A stretch of DNA of 64,000 bases from the human T2T-CHM13v2.0 reference genome, Homo sapiens: contig CP086569.2 in NCBI GenBank assembly GCA_009914755.4, positions 49,600,001 to 49,664,000 on the forward strand, read 5' to 3'. Each line of letters opens with the position of its first letter. Position 1 is the first letter of the stretch. The notes under the pieces are model-generated. The model was not told the DNA's origin, did not search any database, and saw only the letters and a list, made by a program, of their open reading frames with translations. Shown piece by piece: positions 58,473-64,000 of this stretch. The translations under genes and the position numbers were made by a program.

Positions 58473-60892
58473 GTATCATATATATAATATATATAACCTA
58501 TGTATAATATTGTTTTACATCCTGCATCCTATGTTATATATATTGTATAAAATATAATAATTGATAATATATAAGTTTTATAATTATACAATATGACATA
58601 TAGTATATATTATAATTTATGACATATATAATATATGTTATATATCATATATAGAATATATTATACGGTTAATATACGTATTAAATATAAATTATACATT
58701 ATATATATTATATATAATATATCTGTTATATATAATAACCATTATGCATAATATATATATTATGTCTATGTTATATATAGTATAAAACAACATATAATAA
58801 TATATAATTGTATATATAAAATGTGACATATAATATATATTATATTTTATAACATATGTAATATATATTATATATTATATATAATACGTTGTATGTATAA
58901 TACCTATATTAAATATATATTATATGACTATGTTATTAATTACATGTCACATGTGTTATATATTATATATTTTACGTAGAATATACCGGTTACATACAAT
59001 ATATACTATGTTACCTATAATGTATAATTTATTACATGTAAAATAAAGAATGCAATATATTATGTATAATTTATAATATACAATATGTGGAATGTGATAT
59101 ATATAACATATAATATATGATATATGATATACAGTATATGATATATAACATACAATATATGATTCCTAATATATATGGTATACAATATATATTTTATGAT
59201 ATGTATTCTATATGTTTTATATTCTGTTATATATAACTATTTGAAATTATATATAACTGTATAATATTTTATGTAAATATGTAATATAATATATATAAGT
59301 ATATAATATATTATATATAACTATATATTATGTTATATATACTTTTATAACATAATTTACATAAAATATCATAATATAATATATATTATATTATTTCATA
59401 TTACATAATATATATTACATATCACCCAATATAACTAACATACATAATATTATAATATAGATTATATTATGTTATATTAAATATCATATATATCATGTAT
59501 CATATATTCTATAATATATATTACACATTATATAATATGTATGTTGTCTATTATGTGATATATATAACTATATATATAATTATATTTTTATACATATAAC
59601 TAGATAAACCTGAAATTCTACATATTTTCATTTATAATATGTAGAATTATATAATCATATATAATTATTTATATTCTATAAAAAATTTTATCATTATATA
59701 AATTATAATATATAAAAATTATAATATGTACTACAAATATATATATTATATATCATATATGCTATAGTACCTTTGTTATATATCATAATACATATAAATG
59801 TGTATTATGTTATCTATAATTATATAATTTCATATATAAGTTGTATAATATGTATCATATATTATATATGTTATGTAATATATATAGTATATATAAGATG
59901 ACACAGGATAAATATTATATACTATGACACATAAAATATATCAGGTTATATGTTACATATAAGGCATAGCACATAACATGTAATATATATCATATATAAT
60001 TTTTTTTTAGACAGAATCTTGTCCTGTTGCACAGGGTCGGGTACAATGGCGCCATTGTTGCTCACTGCAACTTCTGCCTCACGGGTCCAAGCGATTGTCC
60101 TCCCTCAGCCTCCCAGGTAGCTGGGACTACACCACACTGGGACTACACCAGCTGCCACCATGCCTAGCTAATTATTTGGATTTTTAGTAGTGACAGCGTT
60201 TCACTGTATTGGCCAGGATGGTCTTGATCTCTTCACCTTGTGATCCCCTTGCCTTGGCCTCCAAATTTGCTGGGATTACAGGCCTGAGCCAAGATCCATA
60301 TTTTTTAAATGAAAAAAAATTTCAAAGGTACTCTGCTTGGTACAATAATCAAATGTATAAACTGAGGAATAAAACATAACCATGAAACCTACTTATAACT
60401 GCATATGGAAAATACAGAGGATAATTTTTTAAATAACATATTTTGAAAGCCTTAACTAGTAATTTGAAGAGCTGGCATTTGAAAGGCCAGTATGAATATA
60501 CCTTCAAAGCAGCAACACAGGTTCCCCATGAGAAAAAGCAAACACAGGGAAAATAAAAACACAAAGGTTCAATCTCTTCTGACCTTTGAAAGACACAGCA
60601 CAGACAGTGGTCCTTAGGACGAAGAGCAGGAGACCCCTAATTCCGTCACCATGGCGATAGGGCATAAACATTGCTGGGTGAGGGCACAATCCACATTGTG
60701 AGGTCCAACTGCTGCCAGGAAGACAGGAGTGCTTTTACATAGACCGAAAGGTCATTGAAGGCTCAGAGTTTTGTTTCAAGAACTGAATCCCAAGCCCACA
60801 CGTTATTAGGCTGCGCTTCTTAAAACAAGTTATGAGATGGGAAAAAGGGCACCCACAAACATACGTATACATTATGTATATAATAATATACA
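58473..60892. repeat. Unit 26 (2420 bp), family K
   Basis: Carries catcctatgtt, ataataaccattatgc, aatgtgacat (CpG>TpG), ataagtatataat, aacctgaaattctac, gacacataaaat, atatcaggttat and the Alu variants ggtcgggtacaatggcgccattgttgc and ctaattatttgg. Confidence 0.9.
60000..60297 (-). mobile_element. Alu SINE, antisense (unit 26)
   Basis: Positional copy with private ggtcgggtacaatggcgccattgttgc, and ctaattatttgg as in unit 5. Confidence 0.9.
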
Positions 60893-63312
<2,420 letters not shown>

Positions 63313-64000
63313 GTATCATATATATAATATATATAACCTATGTATAATATTGTTTCACATCCTGCATCTTATGTTATATATATTGTATAAAATATAATAA
63401 TTGATAATATATAAGTTTTATAATTATACAATATGACATATAGTATATATTATAAATTATGACATATATAATATATGTTATATGTCATATATAGAATATA
63501 TTATACGGCTAATATACGTATTAAATATAAATTATACATTATATATATTATATATAATATATCTGTTATATATAATACCCATTATGTATAATATATATAT
63601 TATGTCTATGTTATATATAGTATAAAACAACATATAATAATATATAATTGTATATATAAAATGCGACATATAATATATATTATATTTTATAACATATGTA
63701 ATATATATTATATATTATATATAATACGTTGTATGTATAATACCTATATTAAATATATATTATATGACTATGTTATTAATTACATGTCACATGTGTTATA
63801 TATTATATATTTTACATAGAATATACCGGTTACATACAATATATACTATGTTACCTATAATGTATAATTTATTACATGTAAAATAAAGAATGCAATATAT
63901 TATGTATAATTTATAATATACAATATGTGGAATGTGATATATATAACATATAATATATGATATATGAAATACAGTATATGATATATAACATACAATATAT
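63313..64000. repeat. Unit 28, 5' 688 bp only (window edge), family L
   Basis: Carries the same L markers as unit 27 (tgtttcacatcc, ataaattatgac, cattatgtataat, gatatatgaaatacag) plus a private acggctaatatacg. Confidence 0.85.

Overview
The whole 64-kb window is a single head-to-tail tandem array of a ~2.42-kb macrosatellite unit. It contains 24 full-length units, two 3.85-kb composite blocks that each hold one full-length unit-equivalent plus one copy with a ~1-kb internal deletion, and a 688-bp partial unit at the 3' edge. Each unit reads, on the + strand: (a) ~1.5 kb of extremely A+T-rich sequence (roughly 80-90% A+T by eye) dominated by TA/ATA/TATA motifs; (b) one Alu SINE in antisense orientation, ~298 bp including a T9 run that is its poly-A tail on the minus strand; (c) a ~0.57-kb non-Alu segment of ordinary composition (~40% G+C). 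This is eukaryotic, catarrhine-primate (most likely human) heterochromatic satellite DNA, not a prokaryotic locus. A 2.4-kb unit made of an A/T-rich body plus exactly one Alu per repeat fits my recollection of classical satellite I, the DYZ2-type Yq12 repeat (HSATI/HSat1B in recent annotations), which also occurs on acrocentric short arms. I could not run a search, so that identity is an inference. I find no credible protein-coding genes, rRNA/tRNA genes, CRISPR arrays or operon-like structure. Every ORF in the supplied track is a once-per-unit, TTG-initiated reading frame inside the Alu or the 0.57-kb segment, and I reject them as repeat-borne artefacts. What is worth a second look is the array's internal architecture. 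It is a mosaic of at least ~10 unit families arranged in higher-order blocks: two- and three-unit blocks re-duplicated 12-22 kb apart, a 992-bp deletion variant that was itself re-amplified as a 3.85-kb composite repeat, and co-segregating A-type versus B-type haplotypes of the Alu plus 3' segment with recombinant units. There is methylation-type CpG decay at the few CpGs each unit retains. The Alu sits at the same position, in the same orientation, with the same internal 16-bp duplication in every unit, so it inserted once before amplification. I see no evidence here for a novel biological system. The interesting material is satellite evolution (unequal crossing-over and gene conversion) and the physical properties of the AT-rich body.
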